Source: Candidatus Uhrbacteria bacterium (GTDB lineage: Bacteria; Patescibacteriota; Patescibacteriia; JACPHY01). From it: 53,993 bases of DNA. The stretch lies in assembly GCA_016188355.1 (NCBI GenBank), contig JACPHY010000008.1:1-53993 (forward strand), written 5' to 3'. Positions 19,565 to 29,039 of the stretch are shown here, piece after piece (positions within the stretch are counted from its first letter, which is position 1; each line of letters opens with the position of its first letter). The position numbers and the translations under genes are program-made. The notes under the pieces were generated by a model, which was not told the origin of the DNA, did not search any database, and saw only the letters and a program-made list of their open reading frames with translations.

Positions 19565-21706
19565 CTACTCTTTTGGTGGGCTACCCGCCGCGTCACCGGT
19601 GTCCTCCGCTTCTTCCTCTGGAGCACTGGACGCCCCGTGCTGGGCTGCATCTGCCTGGGCGGCACGTAGCACTTCTCCGAGCGATATTTCTTTATCTCCG
19701 GGTGCACGCTCCACGGACTGTAGGCGGTCCATAGATGGGACAGGAGACGCTCCCCGCCTCGGCGGCGCACCGCCCCCGCGAGGATTCGTTGTTCCCGGCG
19801 TTCCATGCCGCGCTCCCCCCATTCCGCGGCGGTCGCCATCGCGCACCGGCCGCTGCGACGACGGCGACCCGGTTGCTCGACGATTCGGATCGCCCGCTGC
19901 CGGTCCTCTCTGCTGTCCCTCCCCCATCGATCGTCGATCGACCTTCGGTTTTTCGTAGACGGCAATCTTGGCACGCTCCTTCTCCGCGCGCATGCAATTT
20001 TCACACAAAATACGTTGTCCGGGTCGGGGACGGAAGTAGACGGTCGCCATAGTGCCGCATTTCGCGCACTCCGCTTGGCGAGGCTCTGGCGGTGGTCGAT
20101 CCGGTCGCTGCGCATCACGAATCGTGCGCTGTACATCTGGGGTCTGGTCTTCCGCACGAACGCCCGTCGTCATCGCGCCGTGCATAGACTCCCGGAGCCA
20201 TCCCCCACCGCTCGCCGCTGCCGCTGGGCGATCATCGCGCCGCGCACCACCACTCCGTGGCGGCATTGGTTGCCGTTCCGATCGCGGTGGCGGACCCGAC
20301 ATGCCATCCGTCAAATTCCGTGCGGCGGTACGCGCCTGCTGCCAGTCCCCCTCCGGAAGCTCAGGCGCTGCATCATCCCCTTCTTCCGCACCCAGCATCC
20401 CCGTCCACCGTGCGATCTTGTTCTCGATCTCCTCCCGGGGTCGCGCGTACCGCTCTCGAGAAACCCGCTCCACTTTTTCCGTGCTCCCCATGCGCTGATG
20501 GAGCACCGTAATGGGTGGAAGCGTATGGGCAGAAAATGGATCCGACGCAACTCCGTTGATCATGAGCTTCAGATACACTTCCCACTTGGGCAGATTCACC
20601 AGATCCTCCTGTGTGAAGATCGGCATGAATTCTGGTTCGAGGAACTCCGCATCCGTTGCGCCGACTCGGAAGGTTACAATCGTTCCGACGTTTCCGTAGA
20701 CCGCATCGCGCACACGCGTTGAGGTGTCCGTCATGAGCTGTCCGATATACTGGTGCGCAATAATCAAATTCAGGCGATACTTGCGCGCTTCGGACAGAAT
20801 ATCCGCAAACGAATCGGTCGCAAAATTTTGGAACTCATCGACGTACAGATAGAAGTCCTTTCGCTCCTCCTCCGGCACCCGTACTCGCGCCATTGCCCCC
20901 AAGTAGAGCTTCGTCACCATCATGGCACCGAGCAACGCGGAGTTGTCTTCACCAACGCCACCCTTCGCGAGATTCATGATGAGAATCTTCTCCCCATCCA
21001 TGATCTGTTGAATATCGATCGTCGACTTCACCTGCCCCACAATATTCCGCACGAGCGGCGAGGAGAGAAACTGTCCCACCTTATTTTGAATGGGCGCGAT
21101 TGCTTCCGTCTGAAATTTGTCGGGATACCGCGCGTATTCGTCGACCCAGAATGCCTTCACCACCGGATCCTGTACCTTGGCGATCACCTTTCGCCGATAC
21201 TCCTTGTCCACGAGAATACGCATGATGCCAAGCAGCGTGGTTCCCGGATAGTCCATGAGCGCCAGGATGGCGTTTCGGAGCACGTATTCCAGCCGAGGGC
21301 CCCACGAATCTGCCCAGATCTTCTTGAAGATGCCAATAAGGCCCGATGCCACGAGGTGCTGCTGATCTCGATCCACATGCTCCAGCACGTTGAAGGCGAC
21401 CGGCCACGAGAGGTCGGCGGGGTTAAAATAGATAACATCGTTCACGCGGTAGCTCGGGATGAAATCGAGAATTTTTTGCGCGGTATCGCCGTGCGGATCG
21501 AGATACGCCACTCCATGTCCCATCTTAATGTCATGGAGAATGAGCTGTTCGAGCATGGAAGTTTTCCCCATGCCCGTTTTCCCAATCAAATACATATGCC
21601 GACGACGGTCGTCGGTCTTGATACCGAACTGCTGCGTTTTGCCGCGGAAGTTCGTCTGCGCGAATGGGTTGACTTCGTTTTCGTGATCGTGCGGTATTCC
21701 TGCCAT
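19565..21706 (-). CDS. VirB4/VirD4(TrwB)/HerA-like ATPase with a C-terminal CxxC-x17-CxxC domain
   Basis: RHMYLIGKTGMGKT, DPHGD, LYVDEFQNF, EARKY, AHQY; CAKC-x17-CENC. Confidence 0.85.
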   Translation of the reverse strand: MAGIPHDHENEVNPFAQTNFRGKTQQFGIKTDDRRRHMYLIGKTGMGKTSMLEQLILHDIKMGHGVAYLDPHGDTAQKILDFIPSYRVNDVIYFNPADLSWPVAFNVLEHVDRDQQHLVASGLIGIFKKIWADSWGPRLEYVLRNAILALMDYPGTTLLGIMRILVDKEYRRKVIAKVQDPVVKAFWVDEYARYPDKFQTEAIAPIQNKVGQFLSSPLVRNIVGQVKSTIDIQQIMDGEKILIMNLAKGGVGEDNSALLGAMMVTKLYLGAMARVRVPEEERKDFYLYVDEFQNFATDSFADILSEARKYRLNLIIAHQYIGQLMTDTSTRVRDAVYGNVGTIVTFRVGATDAEFLEPEFMPIFTQEDLVNLPKWEVYLKLMINGVASDPFSAHTLPPITVLHQRMGSTEKVERVSRERYARPREEIENKIARWTGMLGAEEGDDAAPELPEGDWQQARTAARNLTDGMSGPPPRSERQPMPPRSGGARRDDRPAAAASGGGWLRESMHGAMTTGVRAEDQTPDVQRTIRDAQRPDRPPPEPRQAECAKCGTMATVYFRPRPGQRILCENCMRAEKERAKIAVYEKPKVDRRSMGEGQQRGPAAGDPNRRATGSPSSQRPVRDGDRRGMGGARHGTPGTTNPRGGGAPPRRGASPVPSMDRLQSVERAPGDKEISLGEVLRAAQADAAQHGASSAPEEEAEDTGDAAGSPPKE

Positions 21707-21715
21707 ACAACAACA

Positions 21716-23107
21716 TCAAGACACTACCGGCAATTGTGGAGGCGGTCCGCCGGATTTCTGATCGGGTATCGGCAAGCTCGAGGGAGCGGATGACGAGGTG
21801 GTGGGCAACGAAGAAGGGGCCTGCGCCCGTCGTGCATCCGTACGCATGATGAGCGGCGCATGCACCGCCTGCGTGGGGAAATGCCAGAGCGAAGCCAGTT
21901 CCTCCGTATTCAGCACATACGCCGGCATACCCACATGCATACTCCGCTTCTGGTATGCACGGACTAGCTTTGTTTTCCGCCAGCTATTGCGGCGATCCTT
22001 GAACAGCCAAAGCGAGCTCGGGCCAACGGACTTGAACTCCGGCTTCAGCGCATTCGCATCATTGGTATTGTACTGCTTGATCGCACCCACAATCGCCTGC
22101 GCACCATGCGCCTTTTTGAATGCTTCCTTTCGCGCCGCGTAGATGACACGGATTTTCGTTTGGAATCCAATTTTCGATGCCTTTTTTTCCACCAGCTCCA
22201 CTACGGCACGCTCTCCGGGAGACATGAACAAAACCTTACTGAGCGGCTCATCTTTCTTTTTCTCGGTGGTAGCTCCGAATTCCACACCCGCCACCTCGTT
22301 CAGGATGGGATTCGCGATCGCACCGACGGTTCCCATGACGGAATCGAGTGCAGATTTCTGTTCTGGCACCTTCGCCCCGATCAACTTTTTTACGAGGAGC
22401 ACTGCCTTCTTCTGCCACGATTGATCAATCGGTTTAATGAGAATCTGAATCCAAATCTGCTCGCCGGGACCAATGCGCGCCAAGTTTTCCAGCATCGCCG
22501 CGAGCGGATCCTTAAATGGCTCATCTTTAATTCCCTTGTGCTCGAACTGTTCCCAGGTACGGATGGGATACCCCTGGTCCTTCACGAGAATCAACTCGGT
22601 CCCCCAGGCGTCCCATTCGGTGTCAGGGTATTGCTTTGGAATTGCCTTCGCGTAATCCTCTACCTCGGTAATTTGCGCATCGGGATATTGCGCATAGATC
22701 GCGGTTTCCACAAGATCGCGGTACTTATCCCAGGTCCACACCAAAAACTGCACGTACCCATCAATGGATACCATCTCGAGACTAAACCACTCCTGCAGGT
22801 TCCCATGGAAATACTTTTCCCGACGGTTATGGGATCCATGCGCACCGGCGAGATGCGCAAAGATATTCTCCACCGCCTTAGGTGTTTGGAGGGAGAGTTT
22901 TGGTACGTCGATGGCGAGGAGGACCGGCCGCAGTTTCTCTGCGAGGAAGTTATTTTGGATGTGGTTCATCCAAAGTGCTTTGCCCATCCACCAGAGAAAG
23001 TACACGAAGATCACCCACGCTCCGCGCGTGAGGAGAAATTCCGCGGCGGACAATGGATCACCCGCCACGCTGAGAATAGGATCCAGATCAATGACAATCG
23101 ACGGCAT
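21716..23107 (-). CDS. Membrane-anchored hypothetical partner of the ATPase
   Basis: N-terminal TM; FSLEMV, IYAQYPD, LNTEELASLWHFP motifs; 9 bp from the ATPase gene. Confidence 0.75.
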   Translation of the reverse strand: MPSIVIDLDPILSVAGDPLSAAEFLLTRGAWVIFVYFLWWMGKALWMNHIQNNFLAEKLRPVLLAIDVPKLSLQTPKAVENIFAHLAGAHGSHNRREKYFHGNLQEWFSLEMVSIDGYVQFLVWTWDKYRDLVETAIYAQYPDAQITEVEDYAKAIPKQYPDTEWDAWGTELILVKDQGYPIRTWEQFEHKGIKDEPFKDPLAAMLENLARIGPGEQIWIQILIKPIDQSWQKKAVLLVKKLIGAKVPEQKSALDSVMGTVGAIANPILNEVAGVEFGATTEKKKDEPLSKVLFMSPGERAVVELVEKKASKIGFQTKIRVIYAARKEAFKKAHGAQAIVGAIKQYNTNDANALKPEFKSVGPSSLWLFKDRRNSWRKTKLVRAYQKRSMHVGMPAYVLNTEELASLWHFPTQAVHAPLIMRTDARRAQAPSSLPTTSSSAPSSLPIPDQKSGGPPPQLPVVS

Positions 23108-23186
23108 ACGAGGCGTCGAGTCCCGGACAAATGTTCCACAGGCACTTCTCTAGTGTACACCAGCGCACCTTGCATCGCCTATAAAC

Positions 23187-23218
23187 AAGATACCGAGCAG
23201 CTAGCTGCTCGGTATCTT
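23187..23218 (-). terminator. 32-bp perfect palindrome after secF
   Basis: AAGATACCGAGCAGCT/AGCTGCTCGGTATCTT. Confidence 0.6.
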
Positions 23219-23253
23219 TGCGGCGCCCCATCCGCGCGGTCCTCACCAGCCCC

Positions 23254-24147
23254 TCAACGGACATTCGGCCGCGATCCGCGTTGCTGCCATGTCACCAGCA
23301 ATGGAGCCGCGATGAAGATAGACGAATACGCACCCACGCCGATCCCGATCGCCAGTGCGAGCGCAAAATAACGTACCCCCGCACTCCCGAACATAATCAC
23401 TGCAAGCAGCGCAAGAATCGTCGTGATGGTGGTGTACATGGACCGTGCGAATGACTGATGCACGCTCCGCTCCACTACGGTCGCAAAGTCTCCCCCTCGA
23501 GCATTGCCGACATTCTCACGGATGCGATCCAGCACGATAATCGTATCGCTAATCGAATACCCCAAAATCGTCAGCACCGCCGCGATGAACGGTGCGCCGA
23601 TCTCCACGCCGACGAAGCGGCCGAGCACCGCAAATACGCCCGTCGGGATGATTACGTCATGCACCATGACCACGAGCGCGACGAATCCGTACGCCCATGA
23701 GGAGACCTGCACGCCTGCCTTCCGGAACATCCATGCGACGTAACAGAGAATGAGCAGCAGGGCCAGCACCACTCCAATTGCTGTTTTCCGGGCAAGCTCC
23801 TGACCGATCGATGGCCCGATCGTCTCGAAACGCAGCTCCGATGCACGATCCTGGAGCGCGCGTACGATCGTCGCGTGGAGCTCTGGCGTGAGTGTTTCGG
23901 TACGAACAATCACCGCACGATCCCCTGCCGACTGCAGTTGAATACGATGCGCCCCGAGTGCAGCTATTTCCTGCGTGAGCACTGCAGGGGCTGGGGGCGC
24001 GCCCGTAAATTGAAACTCCATGAGGGACCCGCCCACAAAATCAATACCGAAATTCAACTTCCAGAACGCGATGGCAAGCACGCCCGCAATCACCAACGTC
24101 CCGGAGATGGTGTACCAGATTTTTCGATGTGCAACGACGGATAGCAT
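23254..24147 (-). CDS. secF: Protein translocase subunit SecF
   Basis: GIDFVGGS, IGPSIGQEL, GYSISDTIIVLDRIRE, GAYSSIFIA. Confidence 0.96.
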   Translation of the reverse strand: MLSVVAHRKIWYTISGTLVIAGVLAIAFWKLNFGIDFVGGSLMEFQFTGAPPAPAVLTQEIAALGAHRIQLQSAGDRAVIVRTETLTPELHATIVRALQDRASELRFETIGPSIGQELARKTAIGVVLALLLILCYVAWMFRKAGVQVSSWAYGFVALVVMVHDVIIPTGVFAVLGRFVGVEIGAPFIAAVLTILGYSISDTIIVLDRIRENVGNARGGDFATVVERSVHQSFARSMYTTITTILALLAVIMFGSAGVRYFALALAIGIGVGAYSSIFIAAPLLVTWQQRGSRPNVR

Positions 24148-24174
24148 AGAGATCGCCGTGAGCCGCGGAGGAGA

Positions 24175-26016
24175 TTAACGGGAACGATCGGACGCATGCG
24201 CAGTCGCCGCAGCGGCCGGTATGGGCCGCACGCCGTACCACCCCATACCCTGTGCCCATCCCGCGACCAGCAGGAGGAGCGTACGAGTCACCGAAATCGC
24301 GGTAAACATGCTCACCAGCACGCCGATCCCCAGCGTTACCGCGAACCCCTTCACCACGCTAGAGGAAAACGTGATCAAAATGAGACAGGTAATCAGGGCG
24401 GACACATTTGAATCTCGGATGGATGTCCAGGCACGAAGGAATCCCTGTTCCAGGGCATCGAGGAGGGAGCGCCCATTCCGCAATTCCTCTCGGAACCGCT
24501 CAAAGATGAGCACGTTCGCGTCCACCGCCACCCCAATCGACATGACGAACCCCGCAATGCCCGCGAGCGTCAACGTTGCCCCCAGGAGCTTCATCACTGC
24601 CAATACCAGCGCGACGTACCCTACCAGGGCGATATCGGCAACGAGACCAGCCAGCCGATATCGGAACAGCATGAAGAATGCGACCAACACGTATCCCAAG
24701 AGCGCCGCACGGAGACTTGCCGCAACCGCAGTTTCTCCTAACGTGGCACCAATGGTGGTCTGTGCAAGCAGATGCACCGGAACCGGTAGCGCGCCCGCCT
24801 GGAGCCGTCGCGCGATCATCTTCGCGCGGTCCACCGTGAGATCCGTTCCCGTTACCCGCGCCTCACCCCCAGTAATCGCCCCCTGCACCACCGGTGCGTA
24901 CAAATCAGCATCCGTGATCACGCCGTCCCCGTCCGTATCGACTGGGGACTTGCCATCCAGAAAAATCGCAATTGGCTTCCCGAGGTTCCGTTCGGTGATT
25001 GCCGCAAACAGCGCCTTACCTTCGTCATTGAATTGGAGGCCAATCTCGGCCGCATTCGTCGTCGGATCAAACTGCAGGAACGCGCGCTTCAGCTGCTTGC
25101 CGCCCAATCCGGTGTATTTCCACGGATCCTGCGGGCCAAGCACGTCCTGTTCCGTCTGCTTCCGAATGAGAATATGCGATGCCCGAACCTCGCGCAGCGA
25201 CGCTCCGTCCGGTGTCGTTACTGTTGCATTGACTGGTGCTCCACTCTCCGTCACCGCATTCAGGGACACCTCACCCACTGCGCGCTCCTCTTCCTTGCGG
25301 ATGATGTGCCATCCGAATGGGGACTCCACCAATCGAGGAATGACGCCGATGGTTTTCGCGCCAAACACCGCATCGTTGAACTCCTGCACCATGATCCCCG
25401 GTCGGAACCAACCCAAATCACCACCCTGCTCCTTGGATCCAGGGTCGTCCGACCATTCGCGAGCGAGCGCAGCGAAGTCTGCTTTGGGTTTTTGCGCGCG
25501 CGCGAATATTTCTTCTGCGCGCTTCTTTGCTTCGCGGTTCCGTCGATCGAGATCCTTGCGTTGCTCTGCGGTCAACGTACGAATTTCCGTATTCTGCTCC
25601 TTGAACTCGAGCACGGGCGTCGTGCCAATTGCCGCGATTGCTTCCTGCGTATCGTAAACCCCCGCCAGCTCGACAATAAGCCGCCAGGTTCCCTCGACAC
25701 GCGTCAACTGCACCACGGGCTCCGCGACGCCGAGCGCGTTGATGCGACGCTCGATGACATCGCGCACGCCTTCCATCGAAACACGTTGGTCGCCATCCGG
25801 AATGGCGGACACGTCCGCCTGGTAGACGAGGTGCGTCCCTCCTTTGAGGTCGAGCCCGAGTCGGAAGGGACGTTCCGGAATCGCAGCCCAGGCCATCGGT
25901 CCGCGCGCGATCCGATTCCACCATTGCGGCGCATCATACATCGTCGCAGCGAACAGGAGCACGAAAAGAAGCACCGCACCCATCCACAAGCGTCGTCGAG
26001 GTCGAGGTACAGCCAT
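24175..26016 (-). CDS. secD: Protein translocase subunit SecD with an inserted parvulin-type PPIase
   Basis: LGLDLKGG, RINALGVAEP, GALPVP, GVAVDANVLIFERFREE; PPIase motifs GGDLGWF, SPFGWHII, VRASHILI. Confidence 0.95.
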   Translation of the reverse strand: MAVPRPRRRLWMGAVLLFVLLFAATMYDAPQWWNRIARGPMAWAAIPERPFRLGLDLKGGTHLVYQADVSAIPDGDQRVSMEGVRDVIERRINALGVAEPVVQLTRVEGTWRLIVELAGVYDTQEAIAAIGTTPVLEFKEQNTEIRTLTAEQRKDLDRRNREAKKRAEEIFARAQKPKADFAALAREWSDDPGSKEQGGDLGWFRPGIMVQEFNDAVFGAKTIGVIPRLVESPFGWHIIRKEEERAVGEVSLNAVTESGAPVNATVTTPDGASLREVRASHILIRKQTEQDVLGPQDPWKYTGLGGKQLKRAFLQFDPTTNAAEIGLQFNDEGKALFAAITERNLGKPIAIFLDGKSPVDTDGDGVITDADLYAPVVQGAITGGEARVTGTDLTVDRAKMIARRLQAGALPVPVHLLAQTTIGATLGETAVAASLRAALLGYVLVAFFMLFRYRLAGLVADIALVGYVALVLAVMKLLGATLTLAGIAGFVMSIGVAVDANVLIFERFREELRNGRSLLDALEQGFLRAWTSIRDSNVSALITCLILITFSSSVVKGFAVTLGIGVLVSMFTAISVTRTLLLLVAGWAQGMGWYGVRPIPAAAATAHASDRSR

Positions 26017-26153
26017 ATCAGTTACTCACCACAGAACGAAAAAGAGGATTCGGTTATGAATCCCGGATCCCCCATCGTATCGCAATACCGAAGACACGCA
26101 AGCGGTCACTGCAGGTGATGCAGTTTTTTCATCGTTGCGGACGTGAGGCCACC

Positions 26154-26627
26154 TCAACTATCGAAGTACACCCTCCCCGTGCGTATCGCCTCGAAATAAG
26201 AGGGCTCCGTGGCGAGCAGCGGTTCGGGCAGGTGGTCGAAATCGTACCAGTCCCATCCCGCACACTTTCCCGGCTCCATCACACGCGGCTCACCGCTCAC
26301 CCAATCCGCACGAAGGCCGATATCCACATAGTGCTTCGGCGGGTAGGCCGTCAGGTTCATGATCCGCACGAATTGCACGTTCGCGATCTCGATGCCCGCC
26401 TCTTCCCGCACCTCGCGCCGTGCACACTCCTCAAAGGACTCCATCCACTCGAGGTGTCCACCCGGCCACGCATACTCCTCGGCGCCATGTGAGCCGAGGC
26501 GCTTCCCCAGGAGTACCTTTCCATCGCGAGTCACCATGACCCCAACACCGACGCGCGGTCGCCGCGCTGCCGGATCCGATGCTGCTTCCATTGCGCCTTC
26601 GCCTGATCCTTGCACCTGTGGTTCCAT
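26154..26627 (-). CDS. NUDIX hydrolase (MutT/NUDT15-like)
   Basis: PGGHLEWMESFEECARREVREEAG Nudix box; EPGKC. Confidence 0.9.
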   Translation of the reverse strand: MEPQVQGSGEGAMEAASDPAARRPRVGVGVMVTRDGKVLLGKRLGSHGAEEYAWPGGHLEWMESFEECARREVREEAGIEIANVQFVRIMNLTAYPPKHYVDIGLRADWVSGEPRVMEPGKCAGWDWYDFDHLPEPLLATEPSYFEAIRTGRVYFDS

Positions 26628-26704
26628 ACGAAAATACTAGGCAGACGAGCGTAAAGAGGCAAACACAGGACCATGGTCACTGGCATGCTTTACGTTGATG
26701 CATA

Positions 26705-27166
26705 TCATTCACATTCCATACCGTTCATCGCCAATCGCTGCTTCGCAAACCCGAAATGCGCCTCATCGATGAGTTCGATGTGTTCCGGAATGAGCACGTA
26801 CCAGGAATCTCCTTGCAACACATCATCCGTTTCGACTGGAGCAGGATGTCGACGTTTGAGAAAATGCCGCACTGCAAGATCGTGTCGCGCCCCATTGATA
26901 CGCTCTGCGCGCCCGGAAACCTGCAGGCCAAAATTCGGCGCGCCGATCGCGTGCACCGTGATGGTCGCCGCAACCTGCGGATGCGATGCGATGGCACGGG
27001 AGTGCCGAGTATCTGGATCAGACATCCAATATATCCGCAGCGCATCGTCATGGACGTAAATCACCTCCGCCACCCACACACCGCCATCGTCCACGGTTCC
27101 GAGACTCATGAGATACCCAGCGCCAAGCGCCTCCCCAACACGGCCGCGGAGCCATGGTGTGTCCAT
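26705..27166 (-). CDS. Pyridoxamine 5'-phosphate oxidase-like FMN-binding protein
   Basis: MSLGT, W-x-S-x3-TRHS, PQVAATI, GLQVSG pattern. Confidence 0.75.
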   Translation of the reverse strand: MDTPWLRGRVGEALGAGYLMSLGTVDDGGVWVAEVIYVHDDALRIYWMSDPDTRHSRAIASHPQVAATITVHAIGAPNFGLQVSGRAERINGARHDLAVRHFLKRRHPAPVETDDVLQGDSWYVLIPEHIELIDEAHFGFAKQRLAMNGMECE

Positions 27167-27181
27167 ACACGCGCAATATTC

Positions 27182-27210
27182 TTGACAAAATCAATCCTTT
27201 CCGCTAGTGT
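27182..27210 (+). promoter_or_regulatory. Sigma70-like promoter
   Basis: TTGACA-17 nt-TAGTGT. Confidence 0.6.
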
Positions 27211-27233
27211 ACGGCTAGAACCTGGAGGTGGAA

Positions 27234-27584
27234 ATGCTCAAGTTCCTTCTGCGCCCAAAGGTGCTCATCGCCGGATTCGCAGCGTTCTTCATTGGAGGAC
27301 TACTCCTCACATTCACAACCGGCCTCGGGAGCTACCTCTTCGACCGATCCGCGGCCGAGCGTGGCATGCACCGCCACATCGAGAGCGTCTTCACGGACCA
27401 CAAGTTCCTCGGGGGTGCGTGCATGAACGTCGACTCAGACGGAGACGGTTACGTCTCCTGCACCGCGCGAACCGCGAACAAGCAGGGCATCGAGCAGACG
27501 CACGCCCTCGAGTGCGCCGGAGCCATGACCCTGCAAAACGGCTGCCGCAGCCAGCGCGCCCAGGTCATCGGACGACAACCGTAA
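27234..27584 (+). CDS. Small membrane-anchored exported protein with 4 Cys and a DxDxDG loop
   Basis: SD GGAGGTG 27224-27230; N-terminal TM; CMNVDSDGDGYVSC. Confidence 0.75.
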   Translation: MLKFLLRPKVLIAGFAAFFIGGLLLTFTTGLGSYLFDRSAAERGMHRHIESVFTDHKFLGGACMNVDSDGDGYVSCTARTANKQGIEQTHALECAGAMTLQNGCRSQRAQVIGRQP

Positions 27585-27587
27585 CCC

Positions 27588-27617
27588 GAACAGCCCCACA
27601 CAAGTGTGGGGCTGTTC
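27588..27617. terminator. Terminator hairpin
   Basis: GAACAGCCCCACAC-AA-GTGTGGGGCTGTTC. Confidence 0.65.
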
Positions 27618-27642
27618 TCCATTTTACCGCCCCACCCATCTC

Positions 27643-27984
27643 CTAATACAATCGCCCCCCATTCGGCACCGCATGGGTCGGTGCAATCAACACCGCATTG
27701 CCGTCCCCGTCCGCAACTCCGAGGGTCAGCACCTCGGAACGGAATGGACCGATTTGCTTCGATGGCATATTCACCACCGCCATCACCTGCTTCCCAATGA
27801 TCTCCTCCTTCCGATATCGCCTCGTCAGCTGCGCCGATGAGCGCTTTCGTCCAATTGCTGTCCCAAAATCAATGACGAGCACATACGCCGGTTTCCGTGC
27901 CTCCGGAAAATCCTCCACGTCCACTACCGTTCCCACGCGAATATCAACCTTTAAAAAATCATCGAATGTAGCCATCTGCTGCAT
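27643..27984 (-). CDS. csaA: CsaA/Trbp111 tRNA-binding export chaperone
   Basis: DFLKVDIRVG, FPEARKPAY, SSAQLT, KQIGPFRSEVLTLG. Confidence 0.9.
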   Translation of the reverse strand: MQQMATFDDFLKVDIRVGTVVDVEDFPEARKPAYVLVIDFGTAIGRKRSSAQLTRRYRKEEIIGKQVMAVVNMPSKQIGPFRSEVLTLGVADGDGNAVLIAPTHAVPNGGRLY

Positions 27985-28018
27985 ACGTAATCCCTTTGTT
28001 GTGGGTGTGATTATTTTA

Positions 28019-28045
28019 TTCGTTTATTCGTACGAATATGAGATT
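28019..28045 (+). repeat. Dispersed palindromic site, copy 2
   Basis: TTCGTTTATTCGTACGAATATGAGATT (26/27 identical to copy 1). Confidence 0.9.
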
Positions 28046-28120
28046 GAACCCCCCACGAGCAGCCACTAACTCGCTTCTCACAATGACCTCAAAGGGGGGC
28101 ACCGACCGTGCTTTTCTTGA

Positions 28121-28526
28121 TCATAGGAAATGCTTCCCCCGTATGACGCCTCGACATACGGCGTGGCTACAATGACACACAAATGGAGACTCCAAATACG
28201 CGATGCGGTCGTAATCCACGGTCAATTCCTCACCAGCAACGATGTCGCGCAGCGCGTACCCGCTCCGTTCGCGTTCATGCATGCGCTCATCAATATTCGG
28301 AGCACAGGAGTGATTCACGGAGCATCCGGGGGGCTCGATGATTTCGAACGTATCCTTCCCAACGCAGTCGAGGTGATCGCGTTCTCGCGCGGAAAGCAAC
28401 GGGTATCTCTTTGCCGTGGATCACCCGCCCTGGCGGCAACACATAAACCCGCTCGCCCGCGCGGAACGCGCGGGCTGCAAATAGCCCCACCCCATGCACC
28501 ATGCTCGGCTGCACTGCAGCATCCAT
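28121..28526 (-). pseudogene. SET-domain protein split by a +1 frameshift near 28400
   Basis: HGVGLFAARAFRAGE in one frame; NHSCAPN, ALRDIVAGEELTVDY and post-SET CHCSHAVCRG in the next. Confidence 0.8.
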
Positions 28527-28537
28527 ACGCTTGCCAC

Positions 28538-29032
28538 TCATTGCATCGACCGCAGCGCATCAATACGGTCGGGAAGATGATCGATCCCTTGAAATTCTTT
28601 TATCACTACGGATCGCACCCGCTGCTGTATGTGGGGTTCCAAAAAAGTCGTCGCCATCTCTTTTGCGCCGCCGATACTCTCGCAGTCATCTTCAATAACG
28701 ACATCCGGAATGACCTCCTCCACAATATCCCGATAGGACTGCCAGCGTTCCCGGTATCGTATCGGTCCATCAGGGAAATGGAACCTCCGCAGCACGACGC
28801 GATCCTTCTCCATATCCGCTTCCGATTCGTGGGAACTCAGATACATGATTTCCGCTCCCTGTTGCTCCCAACTCGTTAACTTCTCCGCCGCATGATCAAT
28901 GGGTATGTACGACTCGTATGCAAGAACGGATGGATCCCGCTCCGCACTTTGCCGCACCCGCACTTCTCTCGTTTTTCCTGCCCCTGCGCTCTGCATGATC
29001 GTGGTGCCATGGAGAAAGACGAGTATCCGCAT
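28538..29032 (-). CDS. HAD-like fold hypothetical protein
   Basis: ILVFLHGT (degenerate motif I), YLSS, VVIEDD. Confidence 0.6.
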   Translation of the reverse strand: MRILVFLHGTTIMQSAGAGKTREVRVRQSAERDPSVLAYESYIPIDHAAEKLTSWEQQGAEIMYLSSHESEADMEKDRVVLRRFHFPDGPIRYRERWQSYRDIVEEVIPDVVIEDDCESIGGAKEMATTFLEPHIQQRVRSVVIKEFQGIDHLPDRIDALRSMQ

Positions 29033-29039
29033 ACGCAGC

